This document shows, piece by piece, positions 51,270-63,480 of a stretch of 64,000 bases of DNA. Source of the DNA: Octopus sinensis (Eukaryota); NCBI RefSeq assembly GCF_006345805.1, contig NC_043000.1, positions 116,002,001 through 116,066,000 on the forward strand, read 5' to 3'. The notes below the pieces were generated by a model, which saw nothing but the letters and a program-made list of their open reading frames with translations, made no database searches and was not told the DNA's origin. Each line of letters begins with the position of its first letter. Within the stretch, counting starts at the first letter, position 1. The position numbers and the translations under genes were made by a program.

Positions 51270-51436
51270 CTTTGCGTAGGTCTCTGATCAGGTAACGCCA
51301 AGCTTTTGGCAAAATTTTATGCAGATTCTCTGCTCGACCTTCTCTACCATGGTCAATGAAGACCACGGCACACGTTATTTCCAAGCATTGCGGTAAACAG
51401 CACAAGTAAGCTAGAACGTTAAAACGGGTGCGCATG
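51270..51436 (-). pseudogene. Second mariner 5' fragment in inverted orientation
   Basis: ATG at 51350 reads MVEKVEQRICIKFCQKLGVT*SETYAK; the upstream leader matches 50817-50910. Confidence 0.8.
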
Positions 51437-51762
51437 GCATCGACAGCAGAGGTCAAGGTCAATCTGTGCCAAGCGGCTTCACTTTGTTTTAATATCGTTA
51501 CTATGGGAACTGTCCGAATAAGTATTGATCAGGCCACACACACGCGTACACACACAAACATCACATATATATGCATGTTCATAGTGATCAAAAGTATGCG
51601 CAGTACATTAGCTCACCTCCACGATCAAATCGACGTTGCTTGTAAATGTGCACAAATATACCATATGTCAGATGTCGAAATAATCGTAGAGCAACGTGAA
51701 ATAAAGTGTTTTGCTCTAATACAAAACAACGCAGTTCGTACCCAAACCACTAGACCACGCGC

Positions 51763-51795
<33 letters not shown>

Positions 51796-51878
51796 TTAAC
51801 TAAGGACATAGAAAAAATCCTTGCGTATATGCTGAAATGAGATGCTATGATTTAATTGAACACAAACACACACATATA

Positions 51879-51914
<36 letters not shown>

Positions 51915-52191
51915 TGTATGTATGTATGTATGTGTATAACTCTATAATAATATATATTCTTCGATTTCAAACGACAAATTTTAACTACAAACAAATGATC
52001 AAAAAATGATGAGCTAACCTCTGGCAGAATCAAACCCATAAATCAACGCTTGTACATCCGATTGGTCAAACGTTCAGACATCTATTTCATTAAAATATAG
52101 TAAATATATACAGTTATTATCATACTAGCTTTCTCTTCTTAACTCCCAAAGCTTTTCGGGTTTGTTTATAAATACACACACACACACACAC

Positions 52192-52241
<50 letters not shown>

Positions 52242-52246
52242 ATATA

Positions 52247-52279
<33 letters not shown>

Positions 52280-53011
52280 CATGTATGTATGTATGTATGT
52301 ATATATATATATATATATTATATATATATATATATATATATTATTTAATAATTAGGTGACATATTTATTAAGTAGTATTAAATTTAATACAAATAATTAG
52401 GTATTATATTAATTGATATTTAGTCAATTATATTATTGAGTGATATATTAAATCTATAGATACTACACATATATATTAATTATATAGTTAGCATATTTAA
52501 TGAGTTTGTCTATATTTGAACCATTTCCTATTTTGATTACAATATTAATGGCTTGTACTAACATTGTGTATATTAATTAATTTTAAAGTATTGTATATTT
52601 TAAGTATTGTTTTTTGTTTTCACTTAACGTATCTTTAGTATCTTATACATATATATTTATATATATATATATATTTTAAGATATATATTTATATTTTAAA
52701 AGATTTTTTACGTATATAAATTAATTAATTATTTTATTTTTCTAGTTTATTTTTAACCTAATGAGTGGCTATATTTATATCGAAGTGATTTTACTACTAC
52801 TATTAATTTTTTTACTATAATCATTTCTTAAATATAGCCAAGAAAGACGTGTCATTCTATCAAATATATACGTTTTTATTATTATTTTGCAATTTACTTA
52901 ATCATTGGTATATTATTGTTATTTTATTTTTAATATTTCCATTATAAGTAATTTTCTAGATGGTGTAATTTAATTGTTCAATTTGAATTGATAAAAGGTG
53001 TTTTTTTTCTA

Positions 53012-53055
<44 letters not shown>

Positions 53056-53160
53056 CATTTTGTGAAATTTGATTTAGTATTTCTAAATTGAATTTTTTCC
53101 TGTAAGTTAGGAATAATATTCCCTCAAATAATTATATATATATATATTATATATATATAT

Positions 53161-53640
53161 ATACAAGATAAGAAAATGGAGAAATACATCTAAATCAAAT
53201 ATCAATTACCAGATAATACTCAATCACATACTTTATTAAACCACCACATAAGAGGCTGTAGGGTTAAATATAAAAAGCAGAACAAATCAGTGTACATAAA
53301 GGAATGTACATAAAAAAGTTTACATAAACGAGTAATGTTGTGTAATTAGTAGAATATATATAAAAGAGAATATAAATATAAGTAAAAGATGTAATCTATA
53401 CTTATATTTATATTTACTTATATTTATATTCTCTTTTATATATATATTCTACTTATTATACAACATTACTCATTTACGTACACTTTTTTATGTACATTCC
53501 CTTATGTACACTGATTTGTTCTGCTTTTTATATTTAACCCTACAGTCTCCAATGTGGTGGTTTAATAAAGTATGTGATTGAGTATTATCTGGTAATTGAT
53601 ATTTGATTTAGATGTATTTCTCCATTTTCTTAACTTGTAT
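53161..53640. repeat. 480-bp fold-back (~225-bp arms)
   Basis: ATACAAGATAAGAAAATGGAGAAATACATC.. / ..GATGTATTTCTCCATTTTCTTAACTTGTAT, with a ~25-nt spacer. Confidence 0.95.
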
Positions 53641-54344
53641 TAGTAATTTGTGGTAAATCATTTTACCTTTGCCCATATAATACAGTAAATGAATTAATTG
53701 CATCGCAGTCATTAACATTTATGTATTAATTTTGTTGGGTACTTCACTAGCAGTATATTGGGTATATGTTATCCCATGGAAGGCTGCATTTACAACCCCT
53801 ATCTCAATTTATACATATATATATATATTTATTTATGTATTTATTTATGTATTTATTTATGTATTTATTTATTTATGTACACACACCCCTACATGAATAT
53901 ATACGTATAGATGCATACACATGTATCATAGAAAATTTGGTCAGTAATCCATCATTATTTATCACCTAGGATGGCTGCGATATTTACAAGGCATAAAAAT
54001 GATGTGATGATAAAGTAAAAACGCTATACAGCCAGCCTGCTATTTGATCGGTTGCACATACATCTCAGCCGTTCTTAATTTATGCATTAATTGACTGTCT
54101 TGATATGATAGAATCTAGGAAAGAATCTTCATTTCAATTTGAAAGATAATTGTGAATATATCAAGCTATTAGCTATGCATAGAAATGGAGGTTGGGCAAA
54201 TCACTAGAATAGTAAGTAGGGAAAAAAGATACCATGAAATATGCGAGAGAGGAGTACTCTGTGGAGTAGAAATTGTACGGATTTTAAGGTTCCGTAAATT
54301 GCTTGATCTAAGTTTTCCTCTAAGTTCGAACAGCGTTTCAGATT

Positions 54345-54393
<49 letters not shown>

Positions 54394-54740
54394 ACTTCCT
54401 CTCCTACACATGTGCACCCACATGTATATACACAGACATAGCAGTCAAACATACATCTGTGCCTCGGAAAAGACACAAAATACATACAAGCATGGTAGGA
54501 AAAACTTCCAGTGAACAGAAGTGTTCTTGACTTCTAATTTTAGTGATGTAGCTACTCATGTAATGCCCTCGTATATATAGAAGCACATGTCTTATATATG
54601 TAGATGTTATTAATTTGAAGATACGGCTGGTGCTCGCTTACAGCAAGTGATGGTATTTTGATAATTCTATCACTCTCATATATACTTATACATACTTATA
54701 TATATATACTCTGTGTGTGAGTATCTATATACCCATGTGT

Positions 54741-54890
<150 letters not shown>

Positions 54891-55349
54891 ATCTTTCTAT
54901 CTTTCTGTCGATCTATCTATATGTATATATTTCTATCTATCTATCTATATGTATATATAAATTTATATACGACTGACAGGAGGTTCTAGAGTAAATGCAA
55001 GAGTTAAAATAATAAATACAGGGGCCGTTTGTTTACTGACTAAACCCATTGTAGCTATACATCAACATGGCTGCTGTGGTATGGCTGAAACAAGTAAAAT
55101 CATATACGATAGATTGAATCAGAAGATAGGCTCATTTTCAAAGTATATTTCATATAAGGCAACTAATTAACTTCTTAAATATTATTAATATTTAGTGGCC
55201 AAATTTTATCCTATAAATGATGTATTTAGATGCGAATTTAGATGTTATGTGTTTTGTATGTCTAGCACGAAAACGACCATGTACTGCCTCTGTCGTCGTT
55301 TCGTTTTTATTTCAAGTCTTAATATCCACCGAAGTACTTTGCTAATATA

Positions 55350-55700
55350 CGTAACCTATAAAATGGCGATCTATTTCCTCCACTCTATTCTGTAGTAAAT
55401 CCATTTTGTTCCTACTCTCTTTACCGTACCGATGCTTTATATTCAAATGATAATCCAATTTATCCCGTGGATTGTTTATCATTATATTCTCTTCGTGTTA
55501 TATTCATTTTCCTGCTGTGTTTATGCTCTGTTTACTGTTTTATATTCCCCACACATAATGATATTCAGATGCTGTCATAGCATTCTGTTCGAACAACGCA
55601 TGAAAAAAGCATTTTATGTCTTTGACAAAAATGTTATACTTCCATAATCGCCGATACCTGTGATATTTGTACTTTTGATGATGGATATATTTTCGAATCC
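55350..55700 (-). mobile_element. Possible decayed RTE-like LINE fragment
   Basis: Minus strand FLSKT*NAFFMRCSNRML resembles TLSK..INAFEMWCYRRML. Confidence 0.35.
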
Positions 55701-56047
55701 TTTTGTCATTTAGATGTGATGTCCGCCTTCATTAGAATCGCCATTCTACGTGGAAGCGTCTCATGATTCATTTCAGAAAAGGTTGAACATTTTATAACAA
55801 ACACCTGTATTCCATATTATTAGAATATTCTCAAAAACGTTGTTCTTCATATATTTTCAGTTATATCGAATCCAAAGCACGTAGACATCAACATTCGAGA
55901 AACGTCGTAGACACGAGTTTCATTTGTTTGATATTCTCAAACACGATCTCTTTGATAAGAACACATTAACTGAATCTATTTGTATATCCATCATTATTAT
56001 GTTCGAAAAATAAGAGTGTCTCGTGTCCAAAGACTCAGCTTTTCATT

Positions 56048-56374
56048 GAAGGCGCGTGTCCTAGTGGTCAGGGCATTCGACTCACGGTCGTAAGGTCGTG
56101 AGTTCGATTCCTGACGGTGCTTGTGGCTTTGAGCGAGACACTTTATTTCCTGTTACTCTAGTCCAATCAGCTGGCAAAAATGAGCTATAACAGTAAGGGT
56201 CAACGTTGTCACATTCCGGGGTCCAGCCTTGTCATATTTTTTGTGGCACTGATCTTCCCTCCGAACTACACTAAAAGTATGCGTGTCCCAACCATTTGAA
56301 CGATAAATTTACGAGTAGCCTGTTCTGTTGATCGGATCCACTAGAACACTCTTCGTCGTAACCGACAGAGTGCC
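56048..56374 (+). mobile_element. SINE-C (an inverted partial copy follows at ~56420-56583)
   Basis: GAAGGCGCGTGTCCTAGTGGTCAGGGCATTCGACTCACGGTC..GAGTTCGATTCC head. Confidence 0.85.
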
Positions 56375-56797
56375 AGTTGATACAGCGGTTACCCGCTTTC
56401 CGTGGCGTATAAGGGACTGGAAGAGACGCCCGTCCAGTGCAGGTTTACTCCCATCCACCTGAATGGCCTGCAGCGACGTGAAATCAAGTGACTTGCTCAA
56501 GACCACAATACATCGCGCTGCCTGGGAATCGAAACAACGAACTTGTGATCGCGGGTGCAACACCATAATCACTACCCACACGCCTTTGCTATTATGCCGG
56601 TGATGTATTTGATTTTCTTCCATTCCCGTTTCCTCATTTCCCCAACTTATTCATTTCCGAAAACCAGTTCCAATCAACTATTATTGTGTCTTTAAAATTA
56701 CATAATATATTCAAGTAGTCTCTTACACTCACACACACACACACACACACACTCACAGAAACACGTACACACACAATATATATATATTTATATATAT

Positions 56798-56934
56798 ATC
56801 TGCAAAATAATATGTGACAATTATTCAGTAGCCAAGATAAAAGTCTTAGTTTCGGATGCCGAGGTGGAAATCCACACCACCATCTCTTCCGTTATCTTGG
56901 CTACTGAATAATTGTCACATATTATTTTACAGAT
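56798..56934 (-). repeat. 43-bp-arm palindrome whose loop is a degenerate HHR core
   Basis: Arms 56798-56840 / 56892-56934 with 1 mismatch. The loop on the minus strand reads CGGAAGA GAUG..CAUC C GAAACU AAG ACUU. Confidence 0.8.
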
Positions 56935-57367
56935 AGATTCCTCTATTTACATAATGTTGAGGTCGCTTTCTTTCTTTTGTTATCTTACCATTTTTACCAA
57001 TATATATATATATATATACACGAGATGTATTGGTATCTAGGAGACCCAAAGAATGTCAGGTAACGCAAATAAGTGCTATAGACAGACCGTAGTTAAACTC
57101 TTGGTTCGATAATGATACGACAGAAGAGTGTAATAGGGGTCTTGTATTCGCATGTATATATATATTCGACAAAAACAGATAACAAAACAACGGCTGTGAG
57201 GGGTTTTCAGGGAATTTATAATGAAATAGTCTTACGGCTGTTTCTGGAATATTATGGATATCCCTTCATGTGAGAAGGTGTAATTGGAATCTTGTTATAT
57301 CATTCTGTCTAATGCATATATACATGCATATGTTATATATATATGTATATATATATATATATATATA

Positions 57368-57402
<35 letters not shown>

Positions 57403-57405
<3 letters not shown>

Positions 57406-57778
57406 TGTGTGGTAAATAGCTTGTTCACCAACCACATGGTTCCGGGTTCAGTCCCACCGCGTGGCACCTTCGGCAAGTGTCTTCTATTATAGACTAGGGC
57501 CAACGAAGGCCCTGTGAGTGGATTTGATAGACGGAAACTGAAAGACGCTCGTCGTATATATGTATATATAGGTGCGTTTTTGTGCCTGTGTTTGTCCCCA
57601 AACATCGCTTGACAACCGATGCTGGTGTGTTTACGTCACCGTAACTTAGCGGTTCGGCAAAAAGACCGATAGAATAAGTACTGGGCTTACAAAGTATAAG
57701 TCCTGGGGTCGATTTGCTCGACTAAAGGCGGTGGCCCAGCATGGCCGCAGTCAAATGACTGAAACAATTACAAGAGTA
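57403..57778 (+). mobile_element. SINE-B
   Basis: Near-consensus from head to tail. Confidence 0.9.
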
Positions 57779-58044
57779 CATGACATACATATATATGTGT
57801 GTGTGTATGGTTGTATGTTTTTCAACGAACACTCTCGTTTTATGAGTGACTGTGCACCTGTTTACGAAGATATTGTCTATGAAGTTACAAATTCTCGCTG
57901 CCCCATTTAAACAAGGTAAATTAATTTGCATTTATAACGTGTGATTAGTAGCTAGGTTAATTAATAAATCATTATGCCGTTTACGTTGTGAATGATGTAT
58001 AGTGTTAGGGAATATATCATTAGTCTGGAACCAACACCTGCTTT

Positions 58045-58154
<110 letters not shown>

Positions 58155-58280
58155 ATATATAATATATATATGTGGGTGTGTGGTAAGTAGCTTACTCACC
58201 AACCACATGGTTTCGGGTTCAGTCCCACCGCGTGGCACCTTCGGCAAGTGTCTTCTACTATACAGGTTTTTGTTCCGTTA

Positions 58281-58572
58281 GGAAGGCGCGTTGCTTAGTC
58301 GTTGGGGCATTCGACTCACGATTGTAAGGTCGTGAGTTCAGTTCCCGGGGACAACTTTATTTCACGTTGCTCCAGTCCACCCAGCTGGTAAAAATGAGTT
58401 GTAGCTGTATTTCAAAGGACCAGCTTTGTCACACTCTGTGTTATGCTGAATCACCCTGAGATCTACGTTAGGTGTACACGTGTCTGTGGATTACTCAGCC
58501 GCTTGCACGTTAATTTTACGAGCAAGCTGCTACGTTGATAGTATCCTCGTCGTCATAAACGACGGAGTGCTC
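58281..58572 (+). mobile_element. SINE-C with perfect 14-bp TSD
   Basis: TTTTTGTTCCGTTA at 58267-58280 and 58573-58586. Confidence 0.9.
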
Positions 58573-58599
58573 TTTTTGTTCCGTTAAGGTAGGATCATG

Positions 58600-58920
58600 A
58601 AAAACTCTACTGCAATCAAGTGGAGACGAAAATCATTTAATGAACACTGTAGTAGAATAAGAGCTATTACTTATTTTTTGTCATGGAAACAAAAGGTCAC
58701 GCAGAATTTTATAATGTGCCTTGCGTCTGCAGGGTACAATTCTTGTTTTATCGGAAAATCTGGACGCTGTTGCATGGGAAAAGAGAAGATTGATGCAAAA
58801 ATTGAAATGGGAAAATATAAGGTGAATAAAAACGCAAAAAGAAAAGGAAAAAATGACAGTAGGTATCATAATTAAAACAGATGGTGCCAAATAATTCAGC
58901 AAAGAGGAGGTCAAAGTCTG
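58600..58920 (+). mobile_element. Decayed RTE-like LINE fragment
   Basis: FLFYRKIWTLLHGKRE/KIDAKIEM resembles LLYG.ETWTL..E.KIDAFEM. Confidence 0.4.
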
Positions 58921-61320
58921 CGAGACAGCTTTTCGATTCGGAGTTCAACAAAAAAAAAAAAAAAATGTGGCCATATGCTTGAAATTGCTGAAAATTTTTT
59001 ATCTGGATTTAAGCAGCATGGAGGAATTATTGGAGCTAAAATAATTGTGTGACCTTTTAACTGCATATAAGTTGCCTTTCTTAAATCTATTTACACTAGG
59101 CATAGATCACCTCAAATTTCTCCACTTGGCTAGTCAACTTACTTTTCTCGAAAGAATACGAGTGGTTTGCATAACGCCTTTTAAAATCGCCTTCGCATAA
59201 ACCGATTTAATGTTTCTTCCTAATTACATTATCTTGAAGCGTTGCTGTGAATTCTGTCTCACTTCAAATAAAGTTTATCTTACACTGCTGATCAAATGGA
59301 CAGACTTCAGGGTCTTAACGGTTACAACTGGGAATGGGCTCTGAATGACAATGTTCTTCATTTTGTAGCAGCAGCTGTATATATTTAACCAGCGCACCAT
59401 GGTTTACTGGCGAATGCTCATCTAGAAGTACCAAGAATCTCTCATCTACATTAGTTTTAGCATTTAGGGAGAAGCGGAGCGAACCATAATGTTTTCCTAG
59501 GTCTATTTTTAGATCTATTTCTAGGGTTCAAATTGTTATCTTTCAAGCTGCTATTAAGTAAGGCATAGTTCACTAATCAAATATTTCCTTTGAAGAAGAG
59601 TGCTATTACTGATGTCAGGCAGGAAGTTGTTAAAACACTATAGGAGTGACAGAACTGTTTGTGTGTGTGTGTGTTACATATACATAATGTATGAGTGTTT
59701 GTGTGTGCATGTGTAATATAGACAGAATATTTTTGGAATATTGTAATATTTCGAAGTTCCAGATAGGAAGAGTCTGACTAGTTGATATATATCCCCCTCT
59801 TGCAAAATTACTAAAGCAAAGAGATACAAATTTATGAGGCAGTTTGTGATTCTCAAAGACATCCCTTGTTTCTCGGATAGTGATTTTGAGAGAAGAACGT
59901 GACTAGAAATCAGTTTATTGAGGTGGATGGAATTTTCTTCGTACGTTGGCTGCGTGTGAGTGAGTGAGTGTGTGTGTGTGTACTTTTTGCGATGTTGCGT
60001 AGTGGATGTGTGTGAATCACTTTGATGATTTGAAGTCGCTGGGTTGTCTGAAAAGAAACAGAGGTAAACCCAAGTGTTTAGTGGTTCCAGATACCGGCAG
60101 AACTCTCTAGATTCGATCAATTGTGAATCTCATAATTCCTGATAAAGTTTAGAGTAAAGCTAGTAGAAATCGAACATGTTAGCTTTCTTGAAGTGCCCAA
60201 GGATTCGGATTTTTGTTGGGTTTGGTGCCGAATGCTTACGTATTGTAAATAACTGCAATAGTGTAATGGCCGGACGTGATTTGATGAAGGCTGTGATGGT
60301 AGTTAATTAAACGATAAAGCGTTTTGGCGTGTATGTATGTCAGTCAGAAATACGAATAGGTGATTGTATTCTTTGGAAAGTTGGCTACTCACAAACAGGA
60401 AGACGAAGAGAATAAACACAGGAAGACGAGGAGAATAAACGTAGCAGAAAGAAGGCATAAATTTCTTCTCAAAATAATTAGGCGTCGTAGATTGATGGGA
60501 ATCTGATAGGCTACGGAATATTGAACCAATCATTTGTTACGATAATTTCAGCTCCGACAATGACGTTATGACCATTTAGTTAATTCCAGTTTCTGTACTT
60601 CTAACCATTATACAAGGAAATCCAATAACAAGATTGCTTTCGTCCGTCAACATACGTATGTATGGGAATTACTTCAACATGTTTTCTTATTATGTGTTAA
60701 TGTCTTGTTGGAAAAGGGAATCACTTCACTGTTCATTTGTCTGTTGACTCATTATTGTTTTCGCCTTTATCATTAATGTACATTAGAAAAAAACCGGATA
60801 TGGAATTTCATTTAACTGGAGGCCATTTTACAAAGAAGAGAGACTACGTCTCCAATTCATTTCAACGTACATTGCGTTCTCGCAATAAATTTAATATCGT
60901 TCTACTTCTAACATTTCTTATAGAGTTTAGTGTATTTGTTGGAATGCAACGTTTGTTGGGACATAATTTGCTGTTACACTTTATAAGCTGTCGTTGTGTG
61001 GTTTCATTTGGGAAAAACTATTGTATCCGGATTCAAAACAGGAATTATACAAAATAGCTACTTATTATTTCTACAAAGATTACTGATTATATCAATTGTA
61101 ATTTCCTGCGTTGAAAACACATTAATTTTATTGGCCATTTTGAGATTCATTCATCAATATACACCTGGAATCAATTGACGAGGATTTATATTATTAGAAG
61201 TTAAAAGTAAGTGTGTCGTTACTAGTTTCAGAGGCATCTTTTTGTGTGAGTTCTAAAACTGCTGCAGGTTAACTTTGCTTGTATCGCTTCTTGGTTTTGA
61301 TGCCACTGGTTTTGATGACA

Positions 61321-61556
61321 GGGCGACGAGCTGGCAGAGTCGTTAGCGCTCCGGGCGAAATGCTTAGCGGTACTTCGTCTGCCGTTATGTTCTGAGTTCA
61401 AATTCCGCCGAGGTCGACTTTGCCTTTCATCCTTTCGGGGTCAATTAAATAAGTACCAGTTACGCACTGGGGTCGATATAATCGACTTAATCCGTTTGTC
61501 TGTCCTTGTTTGTCCTATCTGTGTTTACCCCCTTGTGGGTAGTAAAGAAATAGGTA
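61321..61556 (+). mobile_element. SINE-A, full monomer
   Basis: Near-consensus head, B box, body and GTAAAGAAATAGGTA tail. Confidence 0.92.
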
Positions 61557-61792
61557 CGAAGAGAAGTGGATCATATCAAATCAATGTTAATTTAAGTACC
61601 CACAGCGCCATCATTACCAACATGACTATCTACCCACAAAAATAAAATATACTGTCGAGGAAAACATTTTTAAACTTAAAAATCATAAAGTCCTATATTT
61701 TACTACCCTTTTCTGTTTATCAACATATAAGCTATTTCGTTTTTGGATTTGGTTACCAAAATGCTTTATATGAGTTCGTGTGTTGAAGCATA

Positions 61793-62015
61793 TTCTGTTG
61801 TGTCTGGGGAGAGTCATTTTCTTTTTGTGCCTTATAATGTACCACTCTCACCGGTAAAAATTCCACTTGTTTTTTCTTATTTTTATTTTCCTAAAATTTT
61901 CGTTGCGTCTTGCAAACTTTTCAATAGTTTTGACTCTCAAAGTGGAAATGTTACCGGTGAGTGTGTTACATTATAAGGCACAAAAAGAAAATGACTCTCC
62001 CCAGACACAACAGAA
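61793..62015. mobile_element. Fold-back element (~75-bp arms) with U3-A8 HHR-like motif in the spacer
   Basis: Arms TTCTGTTGTGTCTGGGGAGAGTCATTTTC.. / ..GAAAATGACTCTCCCCAGACACAACAGAA, with the motif at 61891-61927 (-). Confidence 0.85.
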
Positions 62016-62380
62016 CATATAAGCTGTATCGTTGTAAATAGTTAAGTGATATAATCGCAACAGGTCAAAAATAGGGCTGAGAATTTGGACAAAATCACAA
62101 AACCGAGAAGAGATTAAATTAATCTGTCACACGATTTCATCTTGTCTTATGAAAGCAGCTAACTTATAATTACATTTTCACCTAAAGCAGTAACGTTATT
62201 GAGCACCGGGAGCGCAGTAATTCATTATGATTATGTATTATTATATCTAACAAAATTGTTTGAGGAAATCAATGAAAAATGCAGGGTGGATTATCATGTC
62301 CAAAACCTGGAGATGGTGCTCCTCCATACAGAGAATGTTTTACCTTCAATACCAATAACATAATCAACAATACTTAAATA

Positions 62381-62705
62381 ACACAGTTCTATATTTAAGA
62401 GATGAGGAATTATGTACATTATTTACATTCGACGGATATTTGTCCACGGGCATATGGCGTAGTGGTTAAGAGTATGGGCTATTAACCCCAAGATTCTGAG
62501 TTCGATTCCAAGCAGTGGCCTGAACAACAACAACAATAATAATAGTAATAATAATAATAATAATAATAACATCGAAGAATACCTTAGGAATGAGAACCCA
62601 CGTTCGAAATTCCCCAAGACACCTGAAGAAGGCTGGATAGTATATCAGCCGAAACGTTGTGTTAACAACAAACAAGACGAGGACAAATATCCGTCAAATG
62701 TAAAT
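62381..62705 (+). mobile_element. tRNA-headed, hammerhead-bearing retroelement with inverted 5' tail and 12-bp TSD
   Basis: TSD AATACTTAAATA at 62369-62380 and 62706-62717. Inverted tail 62381-62445, tRNA-like head 62448-62520, (AAC)n(AAT)n linker, HHR 62618-62663. Confidence 0.85.
62618..62663 (+). ncRNA. Minimal type I HHR, canonical core
   Basis: GACAC CUGAAGA A GGCUG GAUAGUAUAU CAGCC GAAAC GUU GUGUU, with a palindromic AACGUU stem III. Confidence 0.75.
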
Positions 62706-63129
62706 AATACTTAAATATATCTTCCAACTTCTCTCTTTATCTTTCTCTGTCTTATATTAAACCAAAGTTATGTTAATTCTACCTGGAATATCTATCACAA
62801 CAAAAGATAAACTGGTATATAAAACTGCTTTCGGCAGTGAAGGGTAGTAAAATTTTGAGCGGATAAACATGATTTCCACTTTATAGATTCGTTGTGAATT
62901 CCTACACTCACTTTATATACAAATATATAACTCTTAGTTATTTGATTTCTTCTACTTCTTTTTTAAGCTGTCCACTCCTTTTCCTATCCTCAATCTAAGA
63001 ATATTTTATTTATTTTCAAGTTTCCTTACGTTATTTCTTGTTCCTTTTTGCTGGCTTGACGAAAAAATATTAAAGTTCCTTATTTACTATCACTGGTACT
63101 CAATGCATTAAATCCTTCAGCCTCCAGAT

Positions 63130-63480
63130 ATTCAATCAGTTTTTATTGACCAGGAAGTGATCTTTATCCCTATATTGAACTTCACCGCATTTCTAGTTTT
63201 CTTCTCAGAGAAAGTTTATTTTTCCTTCAGTTATTGCTTCCTTTGGTTATTATTTCCCTCAAGTCTTCGTACACTTTCATACACTGAAGACAACCTTATA
63301 TCTCTGTAGATTATATTTTTGCCTGTTTTTCTTAAAATTGGGTATGATGTAGCTTCAAGTTTTGTTTCTGGATATTTTATCATGTCATTAAATAATTTTG
63401 CCTGTATGACAAATATTTCAGCCAGAAATTTATATCATAATAATATTTTCTACATATTCAGGTATTTTATAATGATTCAA
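63130..63480 (-). mobile_element. Decayed RTE-like RT fragment
   Basis: Minus strand PILRKTGKNIIYRDIRLSSVYE resembles PIFKK.G....YR.I.LLS...KVYE. Confidence 0.45.

Noticed and set aside
59940-60060. Possible minus-strand exon (good acceptor CTCTGTTTCTTTTCAG near 60046)
   Set aside because: The donor is weak, the peptide is not recognisable and there is no partner exon. It needs RNA-seq.
62448-62520. Possible tRNA gene (also the heads at 30770-30840, 35931 and 56048)
   Set aside because: Acceptor stems are poorly paired and each head runs into repeat body sequence, so these are SINE heads rather than tRNA genes.
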